A stretch of DNA of 64,000 nucleotides from Convolutriloba macropyga (lineage: Eukaryota), in NCBI RefSeq assembly GCF_964194025.1, contig NC_134469.1, positions 52,886,001 through 52,950,000 on the forward strand, written 5' to 3'. The translations under genes were made by a program, and so were the position numbers. This document shows, piece after piece, positions 14,101 through 27,857 of the stretch. The notes below the pieces were generated by a model that saw nothing but the letters and a program-made list of their open reading frames with translations, was not told the origin of the DNA and did not search any database. Numbering within the stretch: position 1 is the stretch's first letter; each line of letters begins with the position of its first letter.

Positions 14101-16255
14101 GTTCACTTCTTATAGAAGCAGCAGTGTGATTTTTGGCTATGAAGCAGACATGGCTAATAATTTGGGTTTCCGTTTACCAAATAATGATTTATGCTCAGTT
14201 TATCAGTTTATGAACTAATACGGTGACTATTCAATTCCTTAGACCAAAAAATTCAGCAGACAAGCTGCTAAAAAAATTCTTCCCATTGATCTCTCAACAA
14301 ATCTTATCTACCAAAGCGAGTTGAGAGAAAAACCAGAGACAAAAACACATCAACAAGTGAACAACTTTTCTGGTGCAAGTTAGCCGCAGACTTAAAAGTG
14401 AATATGGCAAAAAATGATGATCAGTTCTGAAAAACATACCAGACAAACTATTTTGCATATATCGCTTTGGCAAATGTTTCTATCAAGTGAGCGCAAATTC
14501 TTTTACAGTTAGATAACAGAAACGTTTCTCTTTTTAAAAATGCATTTAATCGAGTCAGCTCAAAAATCAGCAAATATATGTTCAAAATGTTTAGTAAATT
14601 GTAACAATGATGACAAAAATTGCCAAAATTTTGAACTTATTAATTTGCGTTTATTTAATATAGGTGTGACTGTAGTCTGCAGCATGAAGCTTTACTTACA
14701 AGCACTCCGTCTTATTAATAGATATGCAGTGACATCATAAGCACCATTTTTTTACATGCAGACTAGTACCAGTGTATATTAAGTCCATCAATGCACTTTA
14801 TATGCATAATAAGATTTTTTTTATTATTACGCAAAACCAGTTTGATAAAAATATATGTCTACCACGCGATATGGCCAACAAAGAGAATATCAAGTTAGTA
14901 GGCTCAAAATAACGTACAGCGCTGTCTAGAAGATACAATGTCCTGTTTCACTTCTTAAAACGAGAAAGCTAAGCTTTGAAACCATGAAATCCAACCACTA
15001 GATTCTATCCTGTCCAGAAAGCTCTACCAAAAGTGCATTGGGCTTACTTCTTTAAAATGAAGAGCTCGATGACCAATGAATGAAATCTTCCTAAAGCATA
15101 CTTCAGATCTATCTTAGCATGAAAAATGACTAAATACATCTGTTTTTTTTTAATTAGCCCACATAATTTTCCGACCCCCCTCATCAGGAAAACTTGTTCA
15201 CCCACAACAATTTTTTAAACAGTACCGATTGATCATTCGAGCAATGATTATTCGTATCAAAAAGTTCACATTCGGTTTATTTTAAGCCGCAGCAAGTAAA
15301 AATTTTCGGTTTTATGTTCAAGGTCCTTTTATGACACGAATATCAGTCTCTTTTGAGACCAGACTGAAAAATCTTTAAAATCAGACAATCAATTGAGGCT
15401 ATGCAGAGTGGGTATGCATATCATGCTTATTCATTGTAAACTCACTCCATTTTCGGGAGTCAGATTTCATTAACACAACATTCAATGACAGTTTCACCGC
15501 GTAAACATCAACATGATTAAAAATTGACAATTAGTCGAACGACTGACCCAAGTTTATTTTTTAGATGGTCATTCAAATAAAAGCTGAAAGATTACTTTTT
15601 AAATTAAGAACTATCAGAATCCTAACTCACTATCAGTCGAGCCTCGTAACACATGAAATAATTAATTTTAAAAGTGAGACATCTGAGTGAACACTTTTTC
15701 CTCTCGTGAATTTAGCAAGCAATTGAATTGGTTCAACTTCATTGACCCTTTGGTCAAAAGTTTTAAATAGTTGCCGTGACTTTAGAAGTGACTTCTTTTT
15801 TTTGCAGTTCAACTATCACAGGACAATTCAAAAAGTGAATTGAGTTCACGGAAAAAACTGAGGGAAAAATTAAATGGTATTTGCAGTCACAATTGACTTC
15901 ATCTGAACATTTAAACCATTTAGAGTTACCGTAGAGAAATGGCAATGGGCAGATAGAAATTGCCCGTGGAGTATCTGATCTTGAAATGTGTCTACTACTT
16001 TTGACTCATAATAGGGTTCTTCATACTTGTTCACGATCAGCAGTTACAAGGTCGAAATTGCAGAGTTTAGCTCTAAATTTTGAACCAAAACTTTATGCTC
16101 ATCAACCTCTAAACTAAATATTGATGAAAGAGAAAAAATTTAATCATCTAAGAAAATTTCTAAATAAAAGAAGAGATTAAATGATAAAAATCCAAGCTAA
16201 CAATGCAAAATTTGATCCCGAATTTCCTGTACTCCTCCGGAAGTAGAGATAAAAA

Positions 16256-17818
16256 TTATTGATATGCACTCTGGGAATAGAGTTTGAGAACTCGGGTCGT
16301 CTCGTTCAATTCAGGGAGCCCCAATTTCTCTAAAACATCTAAGACCTTGTAGAGAAACGCAAAAGCTTCAAAAGTTTCTTTCAAACCGCCAACCCTCCGG
16401 GTGTTTGATTCTGAATTGCTTTCTATCAACTCCTCAAGGCGTCTCAGTTGCATCTCATGTTGCTGCTCAAAATTCAAATCGCTGTCGCTTCTAACCACAT
16501 CCACGGCGCTTGAACAAAGAATGCGCACTAAGTGAGTGCACATATCCTGAAACTGAGTTTTCACTGATTGATTATTCGAGATAAATTTCAAATTGATTCC
16601 CGGTATTTGCGCAATGAACGACACAACAGCCTCAGAAGATATCTCAAGAGTTTCCCGCGGACTTGATTCGGGATCCCTGATAATGTCAAGGACGGATCTT
16701 AGAGCAGTCTTGTAAAGGTTACTAATATACAGCTTGAACACGTCTAAAATTGCCCTATCTTTAGTGTCGATTTGTGAAGATGCTTCCTCATGTTTCGGTA
16801 ACTGTGGAGTTGGGCTTCTTGATCGGTCCGCGTGGTAGTGAGCAGAGGGAGAGTTATATCTTGGGTTTGAGAAGCCATCTAGGGATGGTGATGTTGATTT
16901 GGAAGAATGGAAAGAAACGTCAAGACTATTTGAGGGTGAGCAATGTCCCGAAAAATCACAACCAGAGTCGTCACTAGAGTTAATAGTTGAGCCTGAATCC
17001 TTGGACTGAGGTTCTGAAGCTGGCGTCTCATTCAAGGTAGGGTTGTTCCAGCTTAACTTTGTGACCAATGATGCCAGGTTCTCGTCTGGATTGGGTTGGG
17101 GGTGTGCCCTGGCTTGCTTCCTCGCATCTCGTCCAAGCTTAATCATACTAGAAGACATGCCCATTTGTACGCATCGATTGAAGCGACAGAACTTACATTT
17201 AGTTCTGTTGGCACCTGACACGTCACAATTGTTGCCTCCAGTTTTACAGAAGAGCTTTTTGATACCACCAACAATGGCCCTTTGAAAAAAGCGCTTGCAT
17301 CCTTCGCAGCAAAAAATTCCGAAATGGACCCCCGATGCAACGTCTTCACAAATTCGGCAAAACTCTCCGGGAAGAGTCTTGGAATACTTTTTCTTCAAAG
17401 GCATCGTCCCCTCTTCGTCACAATTATCGTTCCCAATTGGTTTCCTCTTCTTCTCACATTCAACTACATCTACATAATCGACTGATCTGCTTGAGTCCAA
17501 CTCTCCGTTCACTGATTCCCCACTAATAGGTAGCAAATGATCCGATAATTCACTCGATACCGAAGACTCGCCCATTGACGAGAAATTGCTCTGCGAATGC
17601 CGTCCGCTGAGGTCTTCGCGATAGTTTGGAAGACTGGAAATAGAGTTGGCATAGTCCAAAATGCTATCAGTAACTGTTCCAGGCTCGGTTTCAATACCCT
17701 CATAATCCGCAGGTTTATAAAGCGAGGGTAACTGGGGATAACTGAGGGGAGGGATGGCAGGGTTTTGAGGTGAAGAAAGCATGGCGAGGTAAAAATTATA
17801 CAAATCAAACGACGACAT
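16256..17818 (-). CDS. Nuclear hormone receptor (C4 zinc-finger DBD, divergent LBD), NR1-like, single coding exon, ~520 aa
   Basis: Uninterrupted ORF with first ATG at 17818. DBD CRICEDVASGVHFGIFCCEGCKRFFQR...CKTGGNNC...RTKCKFCRFNRCVQMGM, then a GRIP-box-like KLGR. LBD H3-H4-like VSFIAQIPG...NQ. Confidence 0.92.
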   Translation of the reverse strand: MSSFDLYNFYLAMLSSPQNPAIPPLSYPQLPSLYKPADYEGIETEPGTVTDSILDYANSISSLPNYREDLSGRHSQSNFSSMGESSVSSELSDHLLPISGESVNGELDSSRSVDYVDVVECEKKRKPIGNDNCDEEGTMPLKKKYSKTLPGEFCRICEDVASGVHFGIFCCEGCKRFFQRAIVGGIKKLFCKTGGNNCDVSGANRTKCKFCRFNRCVQMGMSSSMIKLGRDARKQARAHPQPNPDENLASLVTKLSWNNPTLNETPASEPQSKDSGSTINSSDDSGCDFSGHCSPSNSLDVSFHSSKSTSPSLDGFSNPRYNSPSAHYHADRSRSPTPQLPKHEEASSQIDTKDRAILDVFKLYISNLYKTALRSVLDIIRDPESSPRETLEISSEAVVSFIAQIPGINLKFISNNQSVKTQFQDMCTHLVRILCSSAVDVVRSDSDLNFEQQHEMQLRRLEELIESNSESNTRRVGGLKETFEAFAFLYKVLDVLEKLGLPELNETTRVLKLYSQSAYQ

Positions 17819-20800
17819 CCTATTCCTCGTAGGCAGTATCGGCCAATTTGTAGCCAGAAAATTTATTAAGTTCAACAAAGTGTAACTCGTCGATCAATGT
17901 ATAAGATACGTAAATCAAGAAAACTGGCACAGAGCTGATTTTTAGCAGCGCAAAATAAGAGAATGAACCGAATGAACCAAATAATTAGCTGTTGATTCAA
18001 ACATTCAATTAAGTTTAAAATTTAACCACTACAACGTAGAAACTCAACTTGGCTTTAATAAAAAACAGAACCAAGTAAAAAGAATGAGTTTTCAAGACAA
18101 CAAATAATGAGGCTTTTTGCGAAAGCAGGTCAACTCAACAAATTCAGTTTGCTGCTTACCGTATTGCTCAAACTAGTTCGAATGATTTTTTCATCGGAAA
18201 GAAATTTAGCGGGTAACTGAAATGATGTTTATCCAGTTCACTTGCTTGCATAGAAAATCAGGAAATTTCCCGCTTTAAACTTCATTTATTGACTTCTATG
18301 ACTGCTCTATTTTAACCGATCAGGATAATGAACTGTCCTGACCTTTCACTTATTTCAACTCAAAATTTAAAGTGCTCACGAAAAACGTGACTTCTCATCG
18401 AAAGCGATGCATGTAACACTAGAGTAAGTTTTTGACTTTAATACGAAAAGACGGCAGCATTCGCTTTCAAGATTTATGTTTGATATTTATAAAAAATATA
18501 TCTAAAAATTGAGGAATATCAGAACCAAAACGTACGCAGGATAATGGGGTCAAGAATAGAAGAATGGCATTTGAATTCGTTAAAATTATTTCCGCACGGA
18601 TCCGCTCCAAGGCTTTGTTTAAAAGGACATTTGATTGTCGGCCGCCTCTTTGATATTGCAATAAGTTGCTCTTCCCGAACTGCAACATATTGACATGCGG
18701 AGTGTTCGCTTTCAGGATGAGTGCAAGTAAGTCTGTGAATGAACTCATGAGTAGACATCATTGTAGCGAGAACACTTTGATAGCCTCTAAACTGATCTCA
18801 AGAGTCTTTTGAAAGTGTAAATCATCACAGGACGATCTAGTAGTCTGTTCGAGACATAGTGTCGTCAACGTCGTTTCTTTTCTTCCAAAAAAATTACGCA
18901 ATACGGCGCATTAAAAACAATGAACTCAATGAAAAAAATTATTTACTTATCTTGTTATAAAAGCACAAAAACTCATTCCCGAGCCCGAGAAACTTTTCCT
19001 TTTGACAGCAAAGAAAACGAGGAAAAATAAAATTCTCACAAAAAAGGAAACTTTTCTTGGCATATTTTAACATGCGCTATCTTTTTGCCAGGACAGCTTG
19101 AGCCTGAGAATTTGCTGTGCCAGTTCCACAGTAGCATGTTCCCGATTTTTCTAACACCGGAAACCAAATAATAGGAGAGCCAAGTTCCTAAGTTAAAGCT
19201 AAAGGTATACAATCAAATTAATTAGCAAGCACCATTGAAATCCACCCAGCTGTTTAAACGTAAGCTTATCAACAAAATTCGATTAAATTCTTTCAAAATA
19301 TGTCTTTAAATGGTACCAAAAACTTAAATTCCTCGATGCGAGTTAATTTAAAGAAACCGAATGCACAAATCCCTAAAATTTAAAAACGAAGAGATCCTAA
19401 AATTCAAAGATATTTATGAAAAGATTGTTCTAGAGTAAAGAAAAAGCGGTCATCATGAGGTTAACATTTGGTGTTTGATAGAATACATTTATAATTGGTA
19501 AAAAAAACAGTGCTAATAAAGATTTGTAGGTCTTGATAATTCTATTAAAAATACTTTTAAGAATTATTAAATAATTTAAAAAATACACAAAAATTGGCAT
19601 AAAATTAACTGAAAACAAGTCAATTTAAAAGAAATTGAACTAATCTTTCGCAGTGAGGAAATAAAAAGAGTCAGTCATTCGCACTCTCGAATTGAAAATG
19701 AGCTCAGTAATGACTTCGGCTGAATGTTGGACCCCAAATAAATTATTTTCATTGTCCAGTGTTAGTGGGTCCAATCAGGCTCAACGTACTGAATTCCATC
19801 CCGCAATCTCACTTGCCAGCCTATTGCTCTAACCATCACTCGACTTAAGCTCTCAAACTTTGGCATATTTTAACAAAGCCGGCAGACTGCCAGAATAGCT
19901 GCGAAATAGACTTGCGTGTCGTATAAAACAGATACAGATATATAAGTTGAAAAAGCTATCGACGCCGCTCAAAAAAACTATTTAAAATTCAGCGATAAAT
20001 TAATCAGACTTCACTCTAAAGAAGCTTTTTTAATAGGTACCTTGATTACACAAAAACTTATGTTTTAGTGTAAAAATCATTTTATTGAGTGAGTAAGTCA
20101 CGTATGATCAAAATCTAATCACACGAATGGCCTGAAAGCTTTTGCTAGAGTGAGTGAGAAATGACCTCACGCGCGCAAATGCAGTTAGTGAGAGCAAAAG
20201 TCATTGACTTTTCCAGCTTTGCGGTGTGAATAAAACGAAAAAAGAGCATCAGACGACGAAACAAAAAACATAGCAGGAAAGTCCTGAATTACAATTCAAC
20301 GAATTGAACAAACAGAAGACAATACTATCAACCTCCGTCCAAGAGCAGCCTCCGATAAGGAATTAGTTATAAACCGAGCCATCCTGGAAAGTAAACAGAA
20401 CATTACAAATATCTCAAAACAAAATTATTTCATTTCACTTTTAGAAAAATGGGGTTATCGAAGTTATTATGTCCAACAAAGTCAACTTCCAAAAACTTTA
20501 ACTTAATGAGATTTTAGAAAGCAAACAATAATGTTGCAGAAAACCACTAAGAGGCGAAGTAAAAGGACAACAAACGTTTGGAAAAAACCGGTTTTAACAA
20601 CTTCATTGAAAAAAGGTGGCCTCAGAGTAATTGAAACATGCAGAAAACATGAATTTTTTCCCAATTATTTAAAAATAGAAAACATAAATCAACTTCAATT
20701 AAAAGAATCAAAAATTTTTGGTCAATGTAACAATTACAATAGTGGGTGGAAACAAATAAAGACCAATCAAAAGTTCAAAATTTTTAATATGTTGCCAAAG

Positions 20801-21658
20801 TCAATAAAAGAAATAATAATCAACAGAAAAACTTACTTAAGTGGTTTTAATTACTCCTAATTAGAAAGCAAGCGAGACCTACTTTTACTTTTTTTGCGAC
20901 AGAAAAACGAAAAACAATTACGAAAAACGAGCAAAATCCAAAATCAAAAATAATTTTTAAAGCAAGTCGTGTCAAAAAGGTGAGAACTGTTAGGTATGAA
21001 TGAAACGAAAAACAGATTCAACTGGGACTCAAGAGAAAACCTAGCGACATGTTTTTAGTTGGAATAAGTGCCAGAATAAAGAAAAGACTACCTGAACTCG
21101 AAAAATCTTTTTAAAAAATGGGAAAAAATTTAAATTAAAAATTTGTAATCTTTTGAAACCCAGTATTATCGAATTCTTACAACCCTTTGATTTCTATCCA
21201 AAAAAGAAAATTAATTGGCATAGACCTCAACGGAGATCCATTGACACCCTCATTAATGAAATAATAAACACCCTCATTAATGAAATAATAAACATTAATG
21301 AAATAATAAACAATAAGAAAATTTTTTTTCAAATTGACATTTTGAAAGTGTCACGCGTTGTAACTACTCGTTTTCGAGCCATTTACTAATTCGCTCTGAT
21401 TATAGTAATCACTCCAATTTGGCTTCTCAATGACAAGACAAGGTGAAAAAAAGAACAGAAAGCCAGCGCACCAAAACAATTCAAATTCTTCGAACGAAAC
21501 AGGAGCACAATAATAGCCCGCTGAGAAGCTTAGGTCGGCTGTTAAAAACAAAAAAAAAACAAACCAAACATAAACCGACTAACGTCGGCCAAATAGTATT
21601 CGAACGACAAGCGAGACAATTTAATTCAGGGGCTGTGGCCTAGAATTTTTAGGGGCGC

Positions 21659-21740
21659 AAAAAACCCCACCGAGGCGGGATTCAAATCCCTGACCACTGG
21701 AGTCCTCTGCAGAATCATTAGCCACTCGGCTAACGGGGCC
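21659..21740 (-). other. tRNA-derived (SINE-head-like) sequence with Pol III A/B boxes
   Basis: Minus strand GGCCCCGTTAGCCGAGTGGCTAA (A box TAGCCGAGTGG), GGATTTGAATCCC (degenerate B box), then TTTTTT. It does not fold into a clean cloverleaf. Confidence 0.55.
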
Positions 21741-24700
21741 TTGTTATTTATTTCCTATGCTACAATCACTTTTATTTTAGCCAACAAACTTTACATCAGA
21801 GTGAGCGATTAATATCACTCAAAAATGAAGAAGACAAGAGTGAAATAGTCCCTTGAGAACTCAAAGAATCTTCTAGAACAAACGAGCTTCAAAATCAAAG
21901 TCATCAAAACACATCAAATTATCTGACACCAGAAAGCACAAAGTGTTCACAACTCGCAAAATGAACAAAGTTCATAAAAAATCGCGTCAACGTCAGAAAT
22001 ACCATTAGCAATCAACTAAGACGCCTTAACGAAAATGAAAATCAAAACGAACAAAAACTATTCACTATTTTATGAAAAGAAACACAAAGTACAAAAATCA
22101 TTAGCCATCAACATAAACACCTAAAACAGAAACACTTATATCGCTTTATTGAAAAGCCCCTAAGATCTGTAATTATTGAGATTAAGTGATAAACATCAAA
22201 CAAAAAGAATAAAACGTACCAGGTAAATTGTCGAAAATAGCCACCATTCATTCTCATAACCCTGATTGTGGTTCAAAACAGAAAAAGGAAAAACGATTTT
22301 CATACAAACATTTTAACAGAACGACTATTTTGATGTCATTTTTTAGTTGCACATACTACTACTTCCTAATGAGAGTATCCAGGGGGAAAAGTTGCTCGAG
22401 AGAGGGTAACTAAGGGCTGCCATAAAAAAAATTGGGCAAACGGATTTATGTCGTACGAACCTTTGCACTAAGATAAAGCAAAACAAATTTTTGTTAGACC
22501 AAATACAAAAACGTAACAGGACAAGTCCTGACAGAACATTGAGTTAACCAAGAAACTGCAGTCAATATATATCCAACAACATCAAACTATAACAGTAAAC
22601 ATAGCACATGATCCTATATGCGCAATAAAAAATAAACCAAAGTATCTTAAAAACTTTTTCAAAGAACTAAATTAATAAAGAACACTTTACATAAAAACTG
22701 ACACTTCGCTTCCTAAGTATGGGTACACAATAAAACAGACATTGAGGACATCAATACCCGATCAGGTAAAATTGGCAAAATCAGAAATTAGGCAAAAATC
22801 AGAAAACCTTTCAAATTAAATCACGTCAAAATAAGAAAACAAAACAAAAAACTACATGCTTAATGGTTATTCACAGCACAGCATACAAACTGAACAATTC
22901 AAAGCAGTTCCGTTACAAAATTTACCAAAACCTTTCAAGAACCTATATCAATGAAAGCAATAGCTAAAAGCTGAATTCCATGGGAAGACGGCAGTTAAGC
23001 CGCTCTGGAAGCCCAATGAAAACAGTCATTTTTGAGACTCTGGGACAAGATCATACAGAAAGCAACAAACGGGCAGTACTCAAGAATATTCCTAAAACCC
23101 CCTGCTATGAAATCAAATATCTATTTCGATTCTTTACGCTTCATAGCAAGCGATGGCGATATTCAAAAATGGTTTTGAAACCGTTAATAAAAAAATGTTC
23201 AACGTCATAGAAAGCGTTCGCTATGAAACGAAACAATTACTTCGAACAGAACTTTCATTAAAAATACTCAGTGTTTACATAACAAAGACAATTTCAAAAC
23301 CGGGCAAGACGCCAAAAATTACCTCATATTTATGAAAACCAAGTTAAAATTAAAACCTTTGAAAATTATTCGGAACTATTCAATAGCTTCTCTTACACTT
23401 CCTCAGAGAGGCAATGAGACCAGCCATTAATGAGACTAAGAAACGATATAACAAAAATGGGCAAAAAATCTCCGATGCTTTTTAAACGAAACCATAGGTT
23501 ATAGAAATATGATAACCCATTTGATGAAGTCAAAAAATACAACTATGCATTATTTGAATAAATTTAAGTCCTTTCCAAAGAATTTATTTTTCAAACAAAA
23601 AACGGCGAAAAACCGAAGGAAATAGCCGCACGTGATCAAAATGGCTTTTCGAAAACATAAATTTTTTAATATACCACTTTCTCATAGCACTTAAGATAAT
23701 TGAAAAATTTAACCTCAAAGCTACTCACTTTTTCGCTCTCAATAATAAATTTTTAAATTTTAAAAACATAGCCAAAGGATTTCTGAGAACGACTCGAAGA
23801 GTCTTTGCTGCGAAAGAATCTAACCTTCGAAAGAACTAGTACCTCATGAAACCCAAAATGAAAATAAAAAACATGAACTAGAAAATAGCCCATAAAATTA
23901 ACAGAAAACATCCCTAGCAGATTGCCCGACAAGAGCCGCTCTTGATTTCCATAACACAGATTGTGAATGAAGGAACAGAAAAACAAGGATAAAAACTGAT
24001 TTTTGTGCAAAAACATTTTTAAAATGAGAACTAATTTGATTGCAATTCATAGTTATGCATACTCCTGTTTGTTGATGAGACGATAAAGGGGCTACTATCA
24101 AGACCAATAAGCATTGGAGATGGTAACTACGACTTATGTGAACAAAGTTCAAGTAGAGGGCTTCTAAAATTGGGCTTTGTTTTTATAACGTTTCTATTTT
24201 GATTTCGTTTTTCGATGCCAATTCCGGTCATTTTAGATTGCTTTGTTGAGCAGCTGCTGTTTAATATAGCATGAGCGAAGAATGAAACTAGCCTAGAGAA
24301 CTCAAAAAGATTTCATGCAAAATTTTGAGCAAACTGAGAACTAAGGGAAAGCGAAACAAATTCTTGTTCGCCGAATTAAAAAACATAGCAGGACAAGTCC
24401 TGAATTAAAATCCAAAAAATGAGATTTAAAAAGGACTCGACAACCAAAACGTTACCAGCAAGATCGAACAAAGACAGACAACAACGTCCCTTGATCATAT
24501 ATGCGCGAAAATGCACAAAAATTCTTAAAACAATTAGAAATTTTTCTTTAAGATTTAGTATTTTAGGAATCTCTAATAACAGCAAAACTGTAATTCTACG
24601 CATCGTTAGATTGGGTGCACAAAACAACATTTTGGGAATCATTGACAGAAATAAAAAAGTGGCAGAACTAAAGAGAATGACAGCACTCAGAATCTCTGAC

Positions 24701-27700
24701 GGTGGCGTCAAGTAAGAGAACCTCAAAGCTACATGCCAATATCCTTAACCACAGCATATCATAAAACTCTAGAAATAATAAAATACATTCTATCATCTCT
24801 AAATAAGAATTGTTACTTTTGTGAATAACCGATAAAAACACAAGATAAACAACAAAACAAAAAATAAAAATAATTTTTCATTTCTTTTAAGTGCCAATAT
24901 GAAAACGAATGTTAAGAACTCAGGCTACTACTTTGGTCAAATTAGTCCTCATTAACAAACAAAACCTTTCAGTGAGTCTAAATAATATGAAAAAATAAAT
25001 TTCCCACTGAAAGTTTGCTAATACTTTTTAAAACAAATAAAGTCACAGAAAGAATTAGCTTCCGACTGAAACAATTTAGTCAATTAACCAAATAACTTAT
25101 TGCAATTGAATTCGCATTAACAACCGATGAGATCTGTCATCAATGACATTAGGTGATAAGACAGCAATTAGTAACAAATACCAGTAAAACTCAAAAATTT
25201 ACAAAAATTTTCTGAAAACTAACAGCGTATAAGACATAAAGTCGATTACTTTGAGCCTTCTTAGCAACATAAGTGAACTGTCGTTAATGAGACTGAGACA
25301 TAAGACAAAAAAGTGATCAAAAAGCCATAAGAATTATAGATAGTGTTTCCTGTAAACAATTAGTGTCAAATTCATTGAAAGCATTAGCTTTGAACTAAAA
25401 CAACGAAATCAATTGAATCTAACCGTATTGGCGACCAATGAAACCCATCCTTGATGATATTAAATGATAACACAAAAAAAACGTACATCAAGCGGTCCGA
25501 AAACTCGAAAAACCAATAAAAATGTTTGAGATCAAAGAGTGGCAAAGTCATGAAAATCAATAGCCATGAACTCAAATAATTAATTAGGTTCATTTAAGCC
25601 TCATCAGAAACCAATGAGACCTGTCAAAAAATATATCAAATGATAAGAAAACAAAAATATTAATAAAAAAAGGCAAAAATCAAATATTCACTAATATTTT
25701 ATGACAACAAATAGTGTCAAAGCCAATAAAACATTAACTTGCGCATTATAAATTCAAGCAACTATAAAGAGACGCAATTCGAACTCATATGTATTACTAC
25801 AGAGAAGAAACGCTGAAATCACAATGAAATCACGAACGCTGAAGTAAAATTGCTGCACGTGAAAAAAATTCGCTTTCAAAAACCGAAAATTTGTTCAAAT
25901 ACCAATTTCTCACTCAACTTTAAATGCACTTTGATTGAAAAACCACGCCTCAAACCTTCTCCCTTCTTCACTCTGTGTACTCCTCCACCGTGATTAAAAT
26001 CAACACTCTGATTTGTCTTCTTACTGAGGTGAAGTTCGAAAAAATTGAGAACAGATCTAAAAAACAGCATACCAATACAATCCAAATACTGGATTAAATT
26101 AAATTTATCGCAATAATTGCAGCTGAGGGCAAAGAAGCTGAGGACGGCTATCAAAAAAGAAATAGAGAAGGAGCACCTACAAGTTTAAACCTTTCATTAA
26201 TTTCTTTTCGGGTTAAATTCTTTCGGGTGTAATAGACAGGCGAAAAAGGAATAATTGCAAGGAATTCAAGCGTTTCTTTATTTTATCGTCATATTTCTCA
26301 AAGGAAAATAGTTTTTTATACCATGAAAATCGTAACAAATTGATACCTAAAAATGCCAATAAGCCGATGACCAGTAAACTTATTCGCTCCTCAATGAATG
26401 CCACGAAACAACAAAAACAGCTAGCAAAAAATGCCTCGAAGTGAAATCGAAAGAATGTTCTAAAACAAAACAATCAAGCGTAAATTTTGAATTTAAAAAG
26501 ATACACGTAATAAATGCTTCAAACATGACTTGCGAACACAGCCGGCCAGTTGCTGGAATTGATGCGACATAAAAGACTTGTGTGCCGTATAAAAGAGATC
26601 GAAACAAATGCAGATAAGTTGAAAAAGTTATCGACTTAGCTCAAACAGATATGTAAGTCACTTAAACATGCCAAGTTAATTTCTGAACTATTCAATTTCT
26701 TGCCAGTCAACTATAGATAGAAAGCACATAAAGAATCGAACACATTACGAGCTTCCTTAAATGAGAAGCTTCGATAATGAATAGCCTCGATAATGAATAA
26801 GTCATAAACCAAGAAGTCCAAAAGTTAAACAGAACACTACAAAAAATCTAAACCCAAAATTATTTCATTTCGCTTTTAGAATTAGGCATAAAGGTTGTCA
26901 AAGTTATCATGTTCAAGAACGTTAGTTTCGAAAGATCTTGACATCTCTGGAGTTTAGACAGCAAACTCAAACTTTTTAGAAAACCAAAGCGACATAAAAG
27001 GACAAAAATTTGGCAAAACCTGTTCTCATGATTGCATTGAAAAAATTGGCTTCAAAAACATTGAAACGTGCAACAAAAACCTGACCTTTCAACACCTTAC
27101 CCACTACCTATAGATCAAAAGCATATATCAACTTAAATTAAAACGATAAATGAAGATTGGGGGCCACGTAACAAAAGTAGCAACAAAATGCAGACAATTA
27201 AAAGTTAAAAAAATTAAAAAATCGAAGGCCTCGAACTGCATATTACTATTGGCAATAAACTGAATCCCATAAATGGACTCAGGGCTAATTGGAGATCAAA
27301 TCAGAGCTATTTTTAAAGACTAAGGAACCGAAGAGGAAGAAACAGTTCAAAAACCATAATTATTTTTCAAAAGAAGTAGTTTCAAAGTCGTGAAAACTGT
27401 TAGCATTGAATGAAACAAACAAATAAAATCAAATATGAGTAATTAGAGAGCAAAGGAGCGCTATTCTAATGACTAAGAGACCGAAGAGGAAAAGTTACGA
27501 AAAAGGGCAACATTCGAAGAACCATAATTATTTTTCAAAAGAAGTCGAGTCAAAGTCAAGAAATTTGTAAGCTATAAATGAAACAAATAAACATAGACAA
27601 ACATGACTAATTAAACAACCTGTTAACATATCATTAGTGAGACTAAGTGACAAAAATAAAACTACCAGAAATTGCAAAATCTAAAAAAAATTCACGAACT

Positions 27701-27734
27701 ATTCGAAAAACTCTGTTAAATTCGTTAAAACTTT

Positions 27735-27857
27735 CGGATTTTTCCCATTATAGCCCCTCCATGAAATTAGAGCCCCCCATTATGGTAAAATTACAATGTT
27801 TGGGGGCTATAGGTTATCTGACCACTAAGCTACGGGGGCTATAATGGGAGAGAACCC
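27735..27857. mobile_element. MITE (~120 bp), same family as 11010..11168
   Basis: TIR core TCCCATTATAGCCCC / GGGGCTATAATGGGA; flanked by the direct repeat AAACTTT(C), a 7-8 bp TSD. Confidence 0.8.

Noticed and set aside
16774-17808. Overlapping and antisense ORFs within the nuclear receptor CDS
   Set aside because: Shadow ORFs of a higher-GC coding region.
18100-20200. Scattered AGGTCA/TGACCT half-sites upstream of the receptor as an autoregulatory element
   Set aside because: The few hexamers seen could arise by chance and show no convincing DR/IR spacing.
21659-21740. Functional tRNA gene
   Set aside because: No proper anticodon arm, a disrupted T-arm and extra bases before the acceptor 3' strand.
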